Program-made: the position numbers and the translations under genes
The notes under the pieces: generated by a model
Seen by the model: the letters and a program-made list of their open reading frames with translations, nothing else
What the model was told of the DNA's origin: nothing
The model's database searches: none
DNA from: Escherichia phage HK3
DNA length: 64,000 nucleotides
Sequence record: PP526765
Strand: one strand, 5' to 3'
Part shown: piece after piece, positions 1 to 9,752 of the stretch
How positions within the stretch are numbered: position 1 is the first letter of the stretch
Layout: each line of letters begins with the position of its first letter

Positions 1-128
1 ATGGTATGGGGTTTTTCAGACCCACAATGGAGTTTCGCATATCATGGTCAGATGGATTTATGGTCATGCTTCAAACCATTTTTAGGGTTAGCTATAGCAT
101 TCAGTGCATTACCAACTAAGGTGAAATT

Positions 129-524
129 ATGATTAAGTTGAACAAAAAACAGCTAGAGTGGATTAAAGATTACGCCTCAGAGTGTGGCTCTTGCGAAAAG
201 AATCACGTAAGATACTCAACATTCCACACGGTCTTCGCATTGTACATAGGCGACAACGTTCTGAGTGATTCCGTAGAAGATGGTGTAGCGTTGCCTAATG
301 AGTTACTTGATAAACTAGCTGTAGTCACTGGAACTTGGTCTGAAGAAGATGGTCATGAATTATCTGACAATGTTGTCTTCTACACCATTGAAAACATTAT
401 GAACCCAGAGTATATTGCACTCATGACTTGTGCACAAGACTGCGTGCTCTTACAAGACTTCATTAAAGAGCACTGTGAAGAGTTTATTACTAAACAGGTT
501 CCTTGTCAGGTAGTGTTTGAATGA
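129..524 (+). CDS. hypothetical protein (131 aa); start overlaps the stop of a short upstream ORF fragment (ATGA at 129-132)
   Basis: ORF track; tight packing ahead of the nrdG-like gene; no motif recognised. Confidence 0.5.
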   Translation: MIKLNKKQLEWIKDYASECGSCEKNHVRYSTFHTVFALYIGDNVLSDSVEDGVALPNELLDKLAVVTGTWSEEDGHELSDNVVFYTIENIMNPEYIALMTCAQDCVLLQDFIKEHCEEFITKQVPCQVVFE

Positions 525-559
525 GTAAAACAATTAAATAATATTGGTGAGGTAACTAG

Positions 560-1045
560 ATGAATTACATGGAGATTCGACCATTTGACACAGCTAATGG
601 TGAAGGGGTTCGTGTAAGCCTCTTCGTAGCTGGTTGTAAGCATCACTGTGAAGGCTGCTTTAATAGGGAGTCTTGGAAGTTTAATGCTGGTAAAGAGTTT
701 ACTTATGCAAACCTCTACGGCATCATTAAGTTAATGGATGATAATGCCATCAGTGGGTTATCAATACTTGGTGGGGAGCCTCTGGATGATAGAAACATTC
801 AAGAGGTTACCAACATATGCAAGCGTATTAAAACTGTTTATCCAGAAAAGTCTATATGGCTTTGGACAGGTTTTCAACTGCACGAAAAAATTCACCTAGA
901 TGTGATGAAATATGTTGACGTGGTGATTGATGGTAAGTATGATTCTTCTAAACCAACAGTTAAACCATATCGCGGTTCTGATAACCAAAACCTCTGGAGA
1001 AAAGAGTATGGGTGGCAAGGCGATTGTCAATGGCGAGCAGAGTAG
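560..1045 (+). CDS. nrdG: anaerobic ribonucleotide reductase activating protein (radical SAM, NrdG-like)
   Basis: N-terminal CxxxCxxC cluster (GCKHHCEGCF) typical of radical-SAM activases; size ~160 aa; GGTGAGG Shine-Dalgarno upstream of ATG. Confidence 0.75.
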   Translation: MNYMEIRPFDTANGEGVRVSLFVAGCKHHCEGCFNRESWKFNAGKEFTYANLYGIIKLMDDNAISGLSILGGEPLDDRNIQEVTNICKRIKTVYPEKSIWLWTGFQLHEKIHLDVMKYVDVVIDGKYDSSKPTVKPYRGSDNQNLWRKEYGWQGDCQWRAE

Positions 1046-1288
1046 TATAGCAGGACTATACACATACAACAGTGAGTTATTAGATGAGTGGACTAAGTTT
1101 ACATATGATAACCACGGGAAGGATGGTTTAGCATCTCTTGCTTGTATAGTTGGAGCAGGTGTATTCCTAGTCTTAGATGAAAAGTTTGGAGAGTACTACA
1201 AAACAAACCTCTTTTGTGGAATGTGGAGAGTCGGTATTACTCCAGAAGAGTTAATCAAGTTCTGTATAAAAGTTTGAGAGATAGTGAA

Positions 1289-1546
1289 ATGGGAATCTGG
1301 AATAGTTTTAAATCAAAAGTAAAAGCAGCATTGGCATCATTAGGTATGCTCACTGGTGTCGATGTGACCCATCTTATGCAAAACTTCAAGATGGATGAAA
1401 AGTTGGCTAATGAGATTATGAAAAGCATCTATGTAGGTCGTGGCAAAGGTGGTAAAAAACAAGCACATCGTCCAACTGGTGCAGCAGCAATTAAACGTGC
1501 AGCTAAGAAAGCTCGCAACCGTAAACGTAACAAGAAGGCTAAATAA
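1289..1546 (+). CDS. small protein with very basic C-terminus (KKARNRKRNKKAK)
   Basis: ORF track lists 1214..1546 from a TTG; first in-frame ATG at 1289 with GAGAG upstream. Confidence 0.4.
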   Translation: MGIWNSFKSKVKAALASLGMLTGVDVTHLMQNFKMDEKLANEIMKSIYVGRGKGGKKQAHRPTGAAAIKRAAKKARNRKRNKKAK

Positions 1547-1548
1547 TC

Positions 1549-1869
1549 ATGAGCAAAGTTTATAACACTCGTAAATTACAGATTTTCGTACTGTGCCAAT
1601 TTATGGCTAAAGAGTATAACTACTACTACTGCGGTACAGGGTTCATTAGCGATGATGACGGCTCATATCTACCATTCAAAGAGGCTGTAAAACTCTTCAA
1701 TGAAGAGGAAAATTCTAAGAAAGATATTGAAAAGGTTAAGCTAACCTACAGCAAGAAAGATAAGAAGATTATCTGCCTAGATAACTTTGTAAAAGTTACT
1801 GGAGAAGCAAAAGAGTTTATGGATGAGAGTGAGATTTCATTCACAAGCATCTTGAAAGTAGCTCAGTAA
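1549..1869 (+). CDS. hypothetical protein (106 aa)
   Basis: ORF track; starts 3 nt after previous stop. Confidence 0.45.
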   Translation: MSKVYNTRKLQIFVLCQFMAKEYNYYYCGTGFISDDDGSYLPFKEAVKLFNEEENSKKDIEKVKLTYSKKDKKIICLDNFVKVTGEAKEFMDESEISFTSILKVAQ

Positions 1870-1920
1870 ACAGATACTATAAGGGGACTGTAAAGGTTCC
1901 CTTTTTATTTTGGAGATGAA

Positions 1921-2454
1921 ATGTATCTGTCAAATCTAAAACGTTCGGCTGCAATGTCAGTTCTAAGACTCAGCTTTGAAGAACGTCAAGAGTTCATTGA
2001 CTCTCACCAATATGACCCTTCTAACTCTAATCACATGATTCTCTGGAATCGTGACAGCACTCGTGAAAGAGCACTATTTCGCTATTACCCACATTACACC
2101 ATAGATAATCTGTATGAATGTTTTGTTGTGAAGAACACCATTGCAGTGCTCAATAAGCTTTGTAGATACACAGGTAATCAAGCCTTCACATTAGGTCACC
2201 ACAAGCCTGTTACAAAAGGTGGTGAGCATCACTGTACAAACTGGTTTATCCAAACTAAAGCTGATAATCAGAAGCAAGGAGATAACCTCCTAAGTACTCC
2301 TAAGATGACCTATGAAGAGCAAGAGAAATATATCAAAAATAATATGCCAGATGTGCTTGACAACAACTATACAGATTTGGCAATATCTCTCCTGTTGAAG
2401 TTCGAGACAGTTTATAGGGCAACTTACAATGGCAGTAACAAACGTAACTTTTGA
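1921..2454 (+). CDS. putative HNH-type homing endonuclease
   Basis: motif LGHHKPVTKGGEHHCTNW resembles the HNH core (HH..KGG...N); inserted between nrdG and the Prs-like gene. Confidence 0.45.
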   Translation: MYLSNLKRSAAMSVLRLSFEERQEFIDSHQYDPSNSNHMILWNRDSTRERALFRYYPHYTIDNLYECFVVKNTIAVLNKLCRYTGNQAFTLGHHKPVTKGGEHHCTNWFIQTKADNQKQGDNLLSTPKMTYEEQEKYIKNNMPDVLDNNYTDLAISLLLKFETVYRATYNGSNKRNF

Positions 2455-2469
2455 TTGAGAGAGAAAACT

Positions 2470-3351
2470 ATGAAAACTATTATTGAAGCCGTTGTCACCG
2501 CACAAGAGAAATTCTTCCACACAGAAAAATTTAATATCATCCAATTCCCATCTGGAGAAATTGGTGGAAACTTCTCTGAAGATTTTGTTAAGTTTACTGA
2601 GTGTAATGCTGGTAAGATTGACAATGTTATACTTACTGTGCAGGGATATGATAAAGATACACTGTTTGCATTAGCTTTGGCTAAGGATGCCATTGACAGT
2701 CTTGTTCCATATAAATCAGCGATGAAAACCGTTGTTTTCGGGTTCTTACCGAATGCTCGATATGACCGCCATATGTTCAAAGGCGATTCAGCAGCACTGA
2801 AAGCTTTTGCCAACCTCGTTAATGCAATGGGTTTTGATGCAGTATGTACTCTTGACCCTCACAGCAATGTTGCAGAAAACTTATTTAAGTGCTTCCAGAG
2901 CATGAAGCAAAAAGATGTGGCAGTACACTTTGCAAGTGACCCACGCATTGATTTATTGGTAGCTCCAGATGCAGGTGCAGCTAAGAAGACTGAAGAGGCT
3001 GCTAAAGAGGTGGATAAACCATACATCACAATGTCTAAAGTACGCAACCTTAAGACTGGTGAAATTACTGGTATGCGAATCCTTGATGCTGTTGATTTGA
3101 CAGATAAAACTGTCATGATTCTCGATGATATCTGTGATGGTGGTCGAACCTTCATAGAAGCAGCTAAACATCTTCGTGAAGCAGGTGCAAAACGTGTGGA
3201 ACTCTATGTAACTCATGGCATTTTCTCTAAAGGTGTTGAAAACTTACTTGACAATGGTATTGACCATATCTACACTACAAACTCTTTAGGGGAAGCTAAA
3301 GACCGTGGCTTAACACATTATGCCCAAGTTACTGTAATTACCATTGATTGA
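2470..3351 (+). CDS. ribose-phosphate pyrophosphokinase-like protein (Prs family; possibly ADPR-PP synthetase type)
   Basis: PRPP-binding motif ILDDICDGGRTF near C-terminus; ORF track starts at a TTG (2455), first ATG at 2470. Confidence 0.7.
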   Translation: MKTIIEAVVTAQEKFFHTEKFNIIQFPSGEIGGNFSEDFVKFTECNAGKIDNVILTVQGYDKDTLFALALAKDAIDSLVPYKSAMKTVVFGFLPNARYDRHMFKGDSAALKAFANLVNAMGFDAVCTLDPHSNVAENLFKCFQSMKQKDVAVHFASDPRIDLLVAPDAGAAKKTEEAAKEVDKPYITMSKVRNLKTGEITGMRILDAVDLTDKTVMILDDICDGGRTFIEAAKHLREAGAKRVELYVTHGIFSKGVENLLDNGIDHIYTTNSLGEAKDRGLTHYAQVTVITID

Positions 3352-3360
3352 AACTTTATA

Positions 3361-3381
3361 GGGGCTTCAAAGCCCCATTTT
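3361..3381 (+). terminator. hairpin GGGGCTTCAAAGCCCC followed by ATTTTG
   Basis: perfect 6-bp GC stem directly after the Prs-like stop. Confidence 0.5.
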
Positions 3382-3397
3382 GAGAGAGATTAAAAAG

Positions 3398-5179
3398 ATG
3401 ACTAAATCACTTTATGCAGTACCAGCAGGTTTAAACGCGGATGCTTACAAGTCTGGCCATATTTATCAGTATCCTAGTGCAACAGAGTACCTAATGTTCA
3501 ACCTGACACCACGTAGTGATAAATGGTTTAACAGCCCTTTAGCAATTGACGGTGTAGTTGCTTTTGGTATTCAACGTTTTGTTAAAGATTACTTGATAGA
3601 CCACTGGAACACCACCTTCTTTGAACGTGACAAAAAAGAAGCAATTGATGAAATCTTAGAAGTCATGAACGGTGTTCTGGGTAAAGATGCTATTGGTCGA
3701 GAACATTGGGAAGCACTTCACGACTTAGGCTATCTACCAGTTGAAGTATACGCTGTAGAAGAAGGCACAGTTGTTCCTATGCGTGTACCAATGATTGTCT
3801 TCCAGAACACTGTTTCAGGTTTCCATTGGGTAGCGGGGTATCTGGAAGATGCTTTCTCTGCTGAGATTTGGAAGGCTTGCACCATTGCAACTATTGCATT
3901 GCACTACAAACGTATCTGTAAGAAGTGGGCTGACCTTACTTGTGACAATGACTTGCATTTGCCTTATCAGTGCCATGACTTTGCTATGCGTGGTATGTCT
4001 GGCTTTACTGATGACGCATTTAACGCTGTAGGCCACTTAACCAGCTTTAAAGGTACTGACAGTTTCCCTACTGTGTATACGGCTAAACGAATCTATGGAC
4101 AGTCCTACCCAATCTCTGATATTGGCAGCTCTGTACCAGCCACTGAACACTCTGTAATGTGTGCAAACATTGCTTGGGAAGGTGGTAATGAGTTGATTGA
4201 AGAAGAAAGACGCTTTAAAGGTGAGTTACAAACCTTCCGTCGTTTCTTAACAGAAACTTACCCAACTGGTATTGCAAGTGTTGTTTCAGACACTTATAAT
4301 TTCTGGAGAACTGTATCAGAAATCTTACCAGCACTTCGCAAAGAGATTATGGAACGTGATGGAAAACTGGTAATTCGTCCTGACTCTGGCGACCCTGTAC
4401 ATATTGTCACAGGCTATAAAGCAATCCACTTAGAGTGCGCTAAAAAAGCTTATTACGAACACCTAAGCAAGCTGGAAGCAAGCGACACAATGTTGAATGC
4501 TGTTCTGAACATGAAGCTTGAAAACATCAGTTATGGTATTGCTGGATGGCTACTGTCAGAAGGCTACGAGATGGTTGTTGACAGAGAAGACTTTGAAGTT
4601 GCTGATACAGTGATGTTGAAAAATGCTTATATGGTTGGCTCTGCAAACGTTGTAACACGTCCTGTAGCAGAGATTGATGGGGCTATTAAGACCCTGTATA
4701 ACATCTTTGGAGGGACTATCAACTCTAAAGGTTTTAAGGTACTAGATGAACACATTGGCCTTATCTATGGCGACTCTATCACGTTGGAACGTGCAAACGA
4801 AATCTTGAAGCGTTTGTATGAAATGGGTTTTGCAAGCTCTAACGTAGTGTTTGGTGTAGGTTCTTACACTTACCAGTACATGACTCGTGACACTTTTGCA
4901 TTTGCTGTCAAAGCAACTCTTGCAAGCATTGGCGGTAAAGAGATTATGCTTGCAAAAGACCCTAAAACAGATAGTGGTGTTAAGAAGTCTGCTTTTGGTG
5001 GTGTAGCGCCTATGTGGGATGGTGATAAGCTGAAAGCTGTAGATGGCTATGGATTCCAGAGCTTTGCAGATGCACTTGAACATCCAGCTTGTGCTTTACG
5101 TTTAGTCTTTAGCGACTCTGAGCAGTTCGGTTACACAACTCTTGGTGATATTCGAAACAATATTGACAAGCAGCTTTAA
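3398..5179 (+). CDS. nadV: nicotinamide phosphoribosyltransferase-like protein (NAMPT/NadV family; possibly Namat type)
   Basis: NAMPT signature stretches SVPATEHS, VVSDTYNFW, IRPDSGDP; track ORF starts at TTG 3380, first ATG at 3398. Confidence 0.85.
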   Translation: MTKSLYAVPAGLNADAYKSGHIYQYPSATEYLMFNLTPRSDKWFNSPLAIDGVVAFGIQRFVKDYLIDHWNTTFFERDKKEAIDEILEVMNGVLGKDAIGREHWEALHDLGYLPVEVYAVEEGTVVPMRVPMIVFQNTVSGFHWVAGYLEDAFSAEIWKACTIATIALHYKRICKKWADLTCDNDLHLPYQCHDFAMRGMSGFTDDAFNAVGHLTSFKGTDSFPTVYTAKRIYGQSYPISDIGSSVPATEHSVMCANIAWEGGNELIEEERRFKGELQTFRRFLTETYPTGIASVVSDTYNFWRTVSEILPALRKEIMERDGKLVIRPDSGDPVHIVTGYKAIHLECAKKAYYEHLSKLEASDTMLNAVLNMKLENISYGIAGWLLSEGYEMVVDREDFEVADTVMLKNAYMVGSANVVTRPVAEIDGAIKTLYNIFGGTINSKGFKVLDEHIGLIYGDSITLERANEILKRLYEMGFASSNVVFGVGSYTYQYMTRDTFAFAVKATLASIGGKEIMLAKDPKTDSGVKKSAFGGVAPMWDGDKLKAVDGYGFQSFADALEHPACALRLVFSDSEQFGYTTLGDIRNNIDKQL

Positions 5180-5194
5180 AAGTATATGATAAGA

Positions 5195-5216
5195 GGCTCC
5201 TACGGGAGCCTTTTTA
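5195..5216 (+). terminator. rho-independent terminator
   Basis: GGCTCC-TACG-GGAGCC hairpin plus TTTTT immediately after the NAMPT-like stop. Confidence 0.7.
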
Positions 5217-5232
5217 ATTTCTGGAGAATGCT

Positions 5233-5577
5233 ATGGACAACCTTTCCATATGGTTTAACAAGAAACCTGTACAACCGAAATACTTGCAAGTTGCCTATAC
5301 AGATATCCTTGAAGTTCTCGGTAAAGAAAAGTTTGAAAAGTTTTGTGAAGGCATCTACAATCATCACTGCCAATTTGCTACAAAAGAAGGTATGTTTGTC
5401 ATAGAACAGTTCTTTGGCAGAGACCCAGATGACTACGAAGAGATTAGCTTTGTAATGAAATATATGATAGAGTATATTGAAAATCGTGGATTCGAAGTTA
5501 ATCCTGAATTTTATGAGCACGAGGGTGTACCTTTAGCAAAAGGTTTTGATGGAATACTTGTTAGCTGGACTTGGTGA
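5233..5577 (+). CDS. hypothetical protein (114 aa)
   Basis: ORF track. Confidence 0.5.
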   Translation: MDNLSIWFNKKPVQPKYLQVAYTDILEVLGKEKFEKFCEGIYNHHCQFATKEGMFVIEQFFGRDPDDYEEISFVMKYMIEYIENRGFEVNPEFYEHEGVPLAKGFDGILVSWTW

Positions 5578-5918
5578 AAATTATGAAAATCAAAGAAATG
5601 AACATCAATATTGTCTTAGAAGAACGATGGGAGAACATCAAGAAGCCTGAAAATGGTCATAAGTTCCTCAACAAAATCTTAGTAGCAGCTAAAGAAGAAC
5701 TGACTGGCAAGGTTGCAGCAGCAATCACAATAAAGGTCTGTGTAAAAGGTCTTCCAGACAATCACCAATTTGCACTTGACGAGTTTAAAGAAAGCTTCTA
5801 CAATCCAAACAAACAGATGCTTGAAAGTAACTTTGCAGTATCTACAAGCATCGTTCATGACAGAAGCTTTATCCTTTACAAGAATATGAGAGGTGAGTCA
5901 TGCAAGCATATTGGATAG
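5571..5918 (+). CDS. hypothetical protein (115 aa)
   Basis: ORF track; overlaps previous stop (coupled). Confidence 0.5.
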   Translation: MVKIMKIKEMNINIVLEERWENIKKPENGHKFLNKILVAAKEELTGKVAAAITIKVCVKGLPDNHQFALDEFKESFYNPNKQMLESNFAVSTSIVHDRSFILYKNMRGESCKHIG

Positions 5919-6076
5919 AAATTTTACTGTCACTTGGTAGTATAGCAGTATTTGTTTACCTTCTTTGTAAGTACTATGCAGAACACAAAAAATGTGACTT
6001 CTGTAATGGAGAAGGCTATACAAGAGCAGGTTGTTGCCCTATGTGTGGCGGTTCTGGTAAAATGTTTAATAAGTAA
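5900..6076 (+). CDS. small (58 aa) membrane protein with C-terminal CxxC..CxxC zinc ribbon
   Basis: ATG at 5900 after GAGAGGTGAG; hydrophobic N-terminus; CDFCNG...CCPMCGG; below the 60-aa track cutoff. Confidence 0.35.
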   Translation: MQAYWIEILLSLGSIAVFVYLLCKYYAEHKKCDFCNGEGYTRAGCCPMCGGSGKMFNK

Positions 6077-6104
6077 TTTAACAGTAAACTAAGAGGAAAG
6101 TATT

Positions 6105-8471
6105 ATGCGCATGGTAAACGACCACGCAGAAGTGATTAAGAGTTCAACTTCTTTAGAGACATCTCAAGCACAGATTACAATGACACCTGAAATGTTCAGC
6201 CTTCTGAGTTCTGGTGTATATACCTTTAAAGAGCGAGCAGTAATTCGTGAACTGTCATGTAACGCAGTAGATGCTCAGAAAGAAGCTGGAAAAGAGAACA
6301 TCCCGTTCCATGTGCATTTACCGACTCGTTTTGAGCCTTACTTTGAAGTTCGTGATTTTGGAACTGGATTGACTCATGATAAAGTTATGAGTTTGTATCT
6401 AAACTACGGGGCTTCTACAAAGAATGACTCTAATGACTACATTGGTGCAATGGGTATCGGCTCAAAATCCCCATTTGCAATTGCTCAGTCATTCACAGTG
6501 TCCAGTTATGTTGATGGTGTTGTTAATAAGTATTCTGTTTATCTTGAGAATGGTATTCCTCAAGTAACTAAGCTGACCACCAACCCAACAAAAGAGCCAA
6601 ATGGTTTAGCTGTACGTGTAGCAGTTGCTGACCATCGTATCTCAAAGTTCTTTGAAGAGGCTGGTCACGTATACTCATACTTTGCTGTAAAACCGGAAAG
6701 TAACATTGAGTATGACGATGTATTAGCAGATATGAATGTCATTGCCCGTGAAGAAGGTGTTTATGATGCCATGATTCATAAGCAAAGCTGGCGTTCTAGT
6801 GGTAACAGGACAGAGTTTAATGTAGTGATGGGTAACATTGCCTACCCTGTTAACATGGAAGCACTACTTGGTGATGATTTCTTTAAAGTCTTGCCAGAGT
6901 TTTTCCGTAGGAGCGTAGACCTTGTAAACATCTATATGCCTATTGGTTCAGTTGCTATTGCAGCTTCTCGTGAAGCATTGCAGATGAATGATACAACAAA
7001 AAATGTTATCATTGAGGCTACTAAAAAGATAACTGAAGCAATTACAAAGGATGTTATCAAGAAAGTTAACAGTCAACCCACACTCATGGATGCTGCACAG
7101 GCTTATGCTGAGTTACGTTTGAACTCACGAGAGATGTTTAATGCTGTGTGTCCAAAGCTAGAGTGGGGAGGTGTTAAGCTTGATTCTCTGGAAGAAGAAT
7201 TACTAAATATTCGTCGTGGAATTATCTATGCAGAAGACGGCTCAGTTATCTATGAACGTGATGGTAAAGGTAATATTAAGGTTGACAGGAACGGAAACAA
7301 CATCCCTAAAGTAGATTATCTTTATGACCCAGTTGCTTATGTCAAGTTCAACTCTTTAGAAAGTAAGATTCGTGCAACAGCACTTTCCTACACTCAAGAG
7401 GCAAGTATGTTCAATATCTTTGGCGCAATGCGTAAAAGCCAAATTGAACAGTTCTTGTTTGTTATCAATGACCGTCGCAATAAAAACGGTACTGAGAAGA
7501 CTGTAGGACGCAATCAAATCTTGCGTGGCGCATGTCGAGACTATGCCAGTGAGTCAAGTCTGTTTCACAGATACAATGGTATCGTCTTTGTATTCTCGAC
7601 TGAAAAAGAGTTAGACGACCTAATCAATCTGCACAAACTTGATAAAAGCTTGTTAAAGATTGTGAAGATGTCTGATAAGGAACATCATTATCAGCGTAAA
7701 GAAGCTGTAAGAGGTGTTGTAAAACTCTGGAAAGCTGTTCCAGCAGAAGGTGTAGCTTCCTATAAAGAGGTGTCAGAAGACTTAGACACAATTGAAGAGC
7801 CTCAACTTTATATCAAGGCGGTAGGTGATACTGTTGATGGTGAATGTTTTTGCTCGTCTCCAGAAGATGTAGCTAAGTCAGTTGCCAATGTCATTGAAAA
7901 GACAGTCTATGTTTTCCGAAAAGCAAATTGGAAAAAGATACCAGAAGACTGGATTGAAGTAGATGAGAAGCTCTTGAACGACAGCTTAACTGATGTTCAC
8001 TGGATTAATCATAACAGGTATATGACACGTATCTATATGAATGGTGTCCTAGACCTTACAAGCAGTTGGATTATTGCCAGAAACTTTACGTTCAATAACA
8101 GGAAGATTTCTCGTGGTTATTGTTATTCACGAGACACAAACAAAACTATCTTCTTAGAAGGTAATGAAGATGCTGTTGAGGCAATGTTTGGTAAAATCCA
8201 ATACGTTGCTGCACCGTTTGCATACACTTACACTATTAGTCGTTTGCAAACTTTGAAAGAGTGCCTTGACAATGATACAAAGCTGTACAAGAAAATTAAG
8301 AAAGCTGGTGACCGTATGGTCATTAAGGTGACAAACTATCTTTCAAAAAGAAAACAAGAAAACTTCTTGCTTTCTCATTTAGATTGGAATAAAGTGTCAC
8401 CCATCGAAGTGAGTAAGTTCTTAGGCTTTGATGTGAAGTGTGTTCCAGAAGGGACTACAATTTACGATTAA
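6105..8471 (+). CDS. rIIA: rIIA-like protein (GHKL-type ATPase fold)
   Basis: N-terminal region reads like T4 rIIA (..RAVIRELSCNAVDA.., RDFGTGL.., GIGSKSPF); 788 aa; AAGAGGAAAG Shine-Dalgarno. Confidence 0.75.
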   Translation: MRMVNDHAEVIKSSTSLETSQAQITMTPEMFSLLSSGVYTFKERAVIRELSCNAVDAQKEAGKENIPFHVHLPTRFEPYFEVRDFGTGLTHDKVMSLYLNYGASTKNDSNDYIGAMGIGSKSPFAIAQSFTVSSYVDGVVNKYSVYLENGIPQVTKLTTNPTKEPNGLAVRVAVADHRISKFFEEAGHVYSYFAVKPESNIEYDDVLADMNVIAREEGVYDAMIHKQSWRSSGNRTEFNVVMGNIAYPVNMEALLGDDFFKVLPEFFRRSVDLVNIYMPIGSVAIAASREALQMNDTTKNVIIEATKKITEAITKDVIKKVNSQPTLMDAAQAYAELRLNSREMFNAVCPKLEWGGVKLDSLEEELLNIRRGIIYAEDGSVIYERDGKGNIKVDRNGNNIPKVDYLYDPVAYVKFNSLESKIRATALSYTQEASMFNIFGAMRKSQIEQFLFVINDRRNKNGTEKTVGRNQILRGACRDYASESSLFHRYNGIVFVFSTEKELDDLINLHKLDKSLLKIVKMSDKEHHYQRKEAVRGVVKLWKAVPAEGVASYKEVSEDLDTIEEPQLYIKAVGDTVDGECFCSSPEDVAKSVANVIEKTVYVFRKANWKKIPEDWIEVDEKLLNDSLTDVHWINHNRYMTRIYMNGVLDLTSSWIIARNFTFNNRKISRGYCYSRDTNKTIFLEGNEDAVEAMFGKIQYVAAPFAYTYTISRLQTLKECLDNDTKLYKKIKKAGDRMVIKVTNYLSKRKQENFLLSHLDWNKVSPIEVSKFLGFDVKCVPEGTTIYD

Positions 8472-8475
8472 AGTG

Positions 8476-8509
8476 TTTGACAAGGGGCTTCAAAGCCCCT
8501 TAGAATAGC
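8476..8509 (+). promoter_or_regulatory. TTGACA -35 box with hairpin AGGGGCTTCAAAGCCCCT in the spacer and TAGAAT -10 (promoter-hairpin cassette)
   Basis: same hairpin motif recurs in the small-ORF array cassettes. Confidence 0.45.
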
Positions 8510-8550
8510 CTTACAAAATGATTTATTAACTAACAAGAGAGAGTAATAAG

Positions 8551-9657
8551 ATGACTACTAAAACTAAAGCACAGATTGACGCAGAAATCTACAAACTGGT
8601 TAAAGAAGGCAAGCTGACTAAAACAGCTATTGCACAGAAGTTCAATACTTCAACCCGTTCAGTTGGTCGTGCTGTAGAGCGTCATGAAGCAACCTTAAAA
8701 GGTAAGAAAAAGGTAGCTTCGACACCAGCTAAGAAGACTTTGAAGCAAGTTGCTAAGACCTTTAAAAAGAAAGCTGACAAACCAGTTGAAAAGGTCGTTA
8801 AAGAGTCTGTACAGAAAGCTCCAGTAAATAAACTGCATGAAGCTATGCAGAAAGATGACAAGATTGAGTACATGATTACTGGCGACTCTGTAATTATGAC
8901 TTACGGTTCAGAATCTGAAATTGTTGAGTCTACTCATCCGAACTATCAAGAGATTGTAGTTCATGTTGTGAAAGGTGAGTTCAAGAAAGCCTTTGAACTG
9001 ATGAACATTCGTAAGTCTATCGAAAACTTCACTCAGGGTGCTATCACAATCAAAGGCGACAAGTTATTCTACGGTGCTGTTGAGATGCGTTCCACTCTGG
9101 TTGACCGTATCCTTCATATGATGAAGACTGGTGATAAAGGTTTTGAACGACTTGTAATGTTCTTCGAAAAACTGATGGAAAATCCATCTAAAGGTTCTGT
9201 AGAACAACTGTGGGGATTCATATCTCACCTTGATGTTGAAATTGATGAAGAGGGTTACATTATCGGTTGGAAAAAGGTACAAAGTAAAGCTGATGGCTCT
9301 CTGGTAGATAGCCACACTCATAAAGTACCTAATGACTTGGGTAACCTAGTTGAGATGCCTCGTTGGATGGTTGATAGTGACCCTAACCGCACTTGCTCTC
9401 AGGGTTTACATGTTGGTGCATGGGAATACGTATCATGTTTTGGAGGTGATACCATCCTGAAAGTTCGTGTCCATCCACGAGATGTTGTATCTGTTCCGGT
9501 TGATTACAACGATATGAAGATGCGTGTATCAGCTTATGAATCTTTTGCGATTGTTGACAGCAACCGTAAAGTTATCAAGACTCACTCTGGCTCTGGTGGG
9601 CATCGTGTAGTGATTGGTTCTCACGGTGAGCTAATCTCCAAAACACCACGCGTTTAA
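8551..9657 (+). CDS. rIIB: rIIB-like protein
   Basis: immediately downstream of rIIA; size and N-terminal pattern compatible with rIIB. Confidence 0.55.
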   Translation: MTTKTKAQIDAEIYKLVKEGKLTKTAIAQKFNTSTRSVGRAVERHEATLKGKKKVASTPAKKTLKQVAKTFKKKADKPVEKVVKESVQKAPVNKLHEAMQKDDKIEYMITGDSVIMTYGSESEIVESTHPNYQEIVVHVVKGEFKKAFELMNIRKSIENFTQGAITIKGDKLFYGAVEMRSTLVDRILHMMKTGDKGFERLVMFFEKLMENPSKGSVEQLWGFISHLDVEIDEEGYIIGWKKVQSKADGSLVDSHTHKVPNDLGNLVEMPRWMVDSDPNRTCSQGLHVGAWEYVSCFGGDTILKVRVHPRDVVSVPVDYNDMKMRVSAYESFAIVDSNRKVIKTHSGSGGHRVVIGSHGELISKTPRV

Positions 9658-9669
9658 TAGTTTACAATA

Positions 9670-9692
9670 GGCTGCTTCGGCGGCCTTTTTTA
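9670..9692 (+). terminator. rho-independent terminator
   Basis: GGCTGC-TTCG-GCGGCC hairpin (tetraloop) then TTTTTT. Confidence 0.7.
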
Positions 9693-9721
9693 TTTGTATT
9701 TTGTGCAGAGTGCTGTATAAT
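9693..9721 (+). promoter_or_regulatory. sigma70-like promoter TTTGTA-N17-TATAAT
   Basis: consensus -10 TATAAT at 9716-9721; spacer contains TGTGCAG, the core of the 14.2 kb direct repeats. Confidence 0.5.
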
Positions 9722-9752
9722 TGTTGTCACGATAAACTAAACAGGAGAACCA

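Noticed and set aside
927-1277. 116-aa ORF overlapping the 3' end of nrdG
   Set aside because: Overlaps nrdG for 119 nt in another frame and has no in-frame ATG after the nrdG stop until a position that yields only about 18 aa; likely not a real gene as drawn
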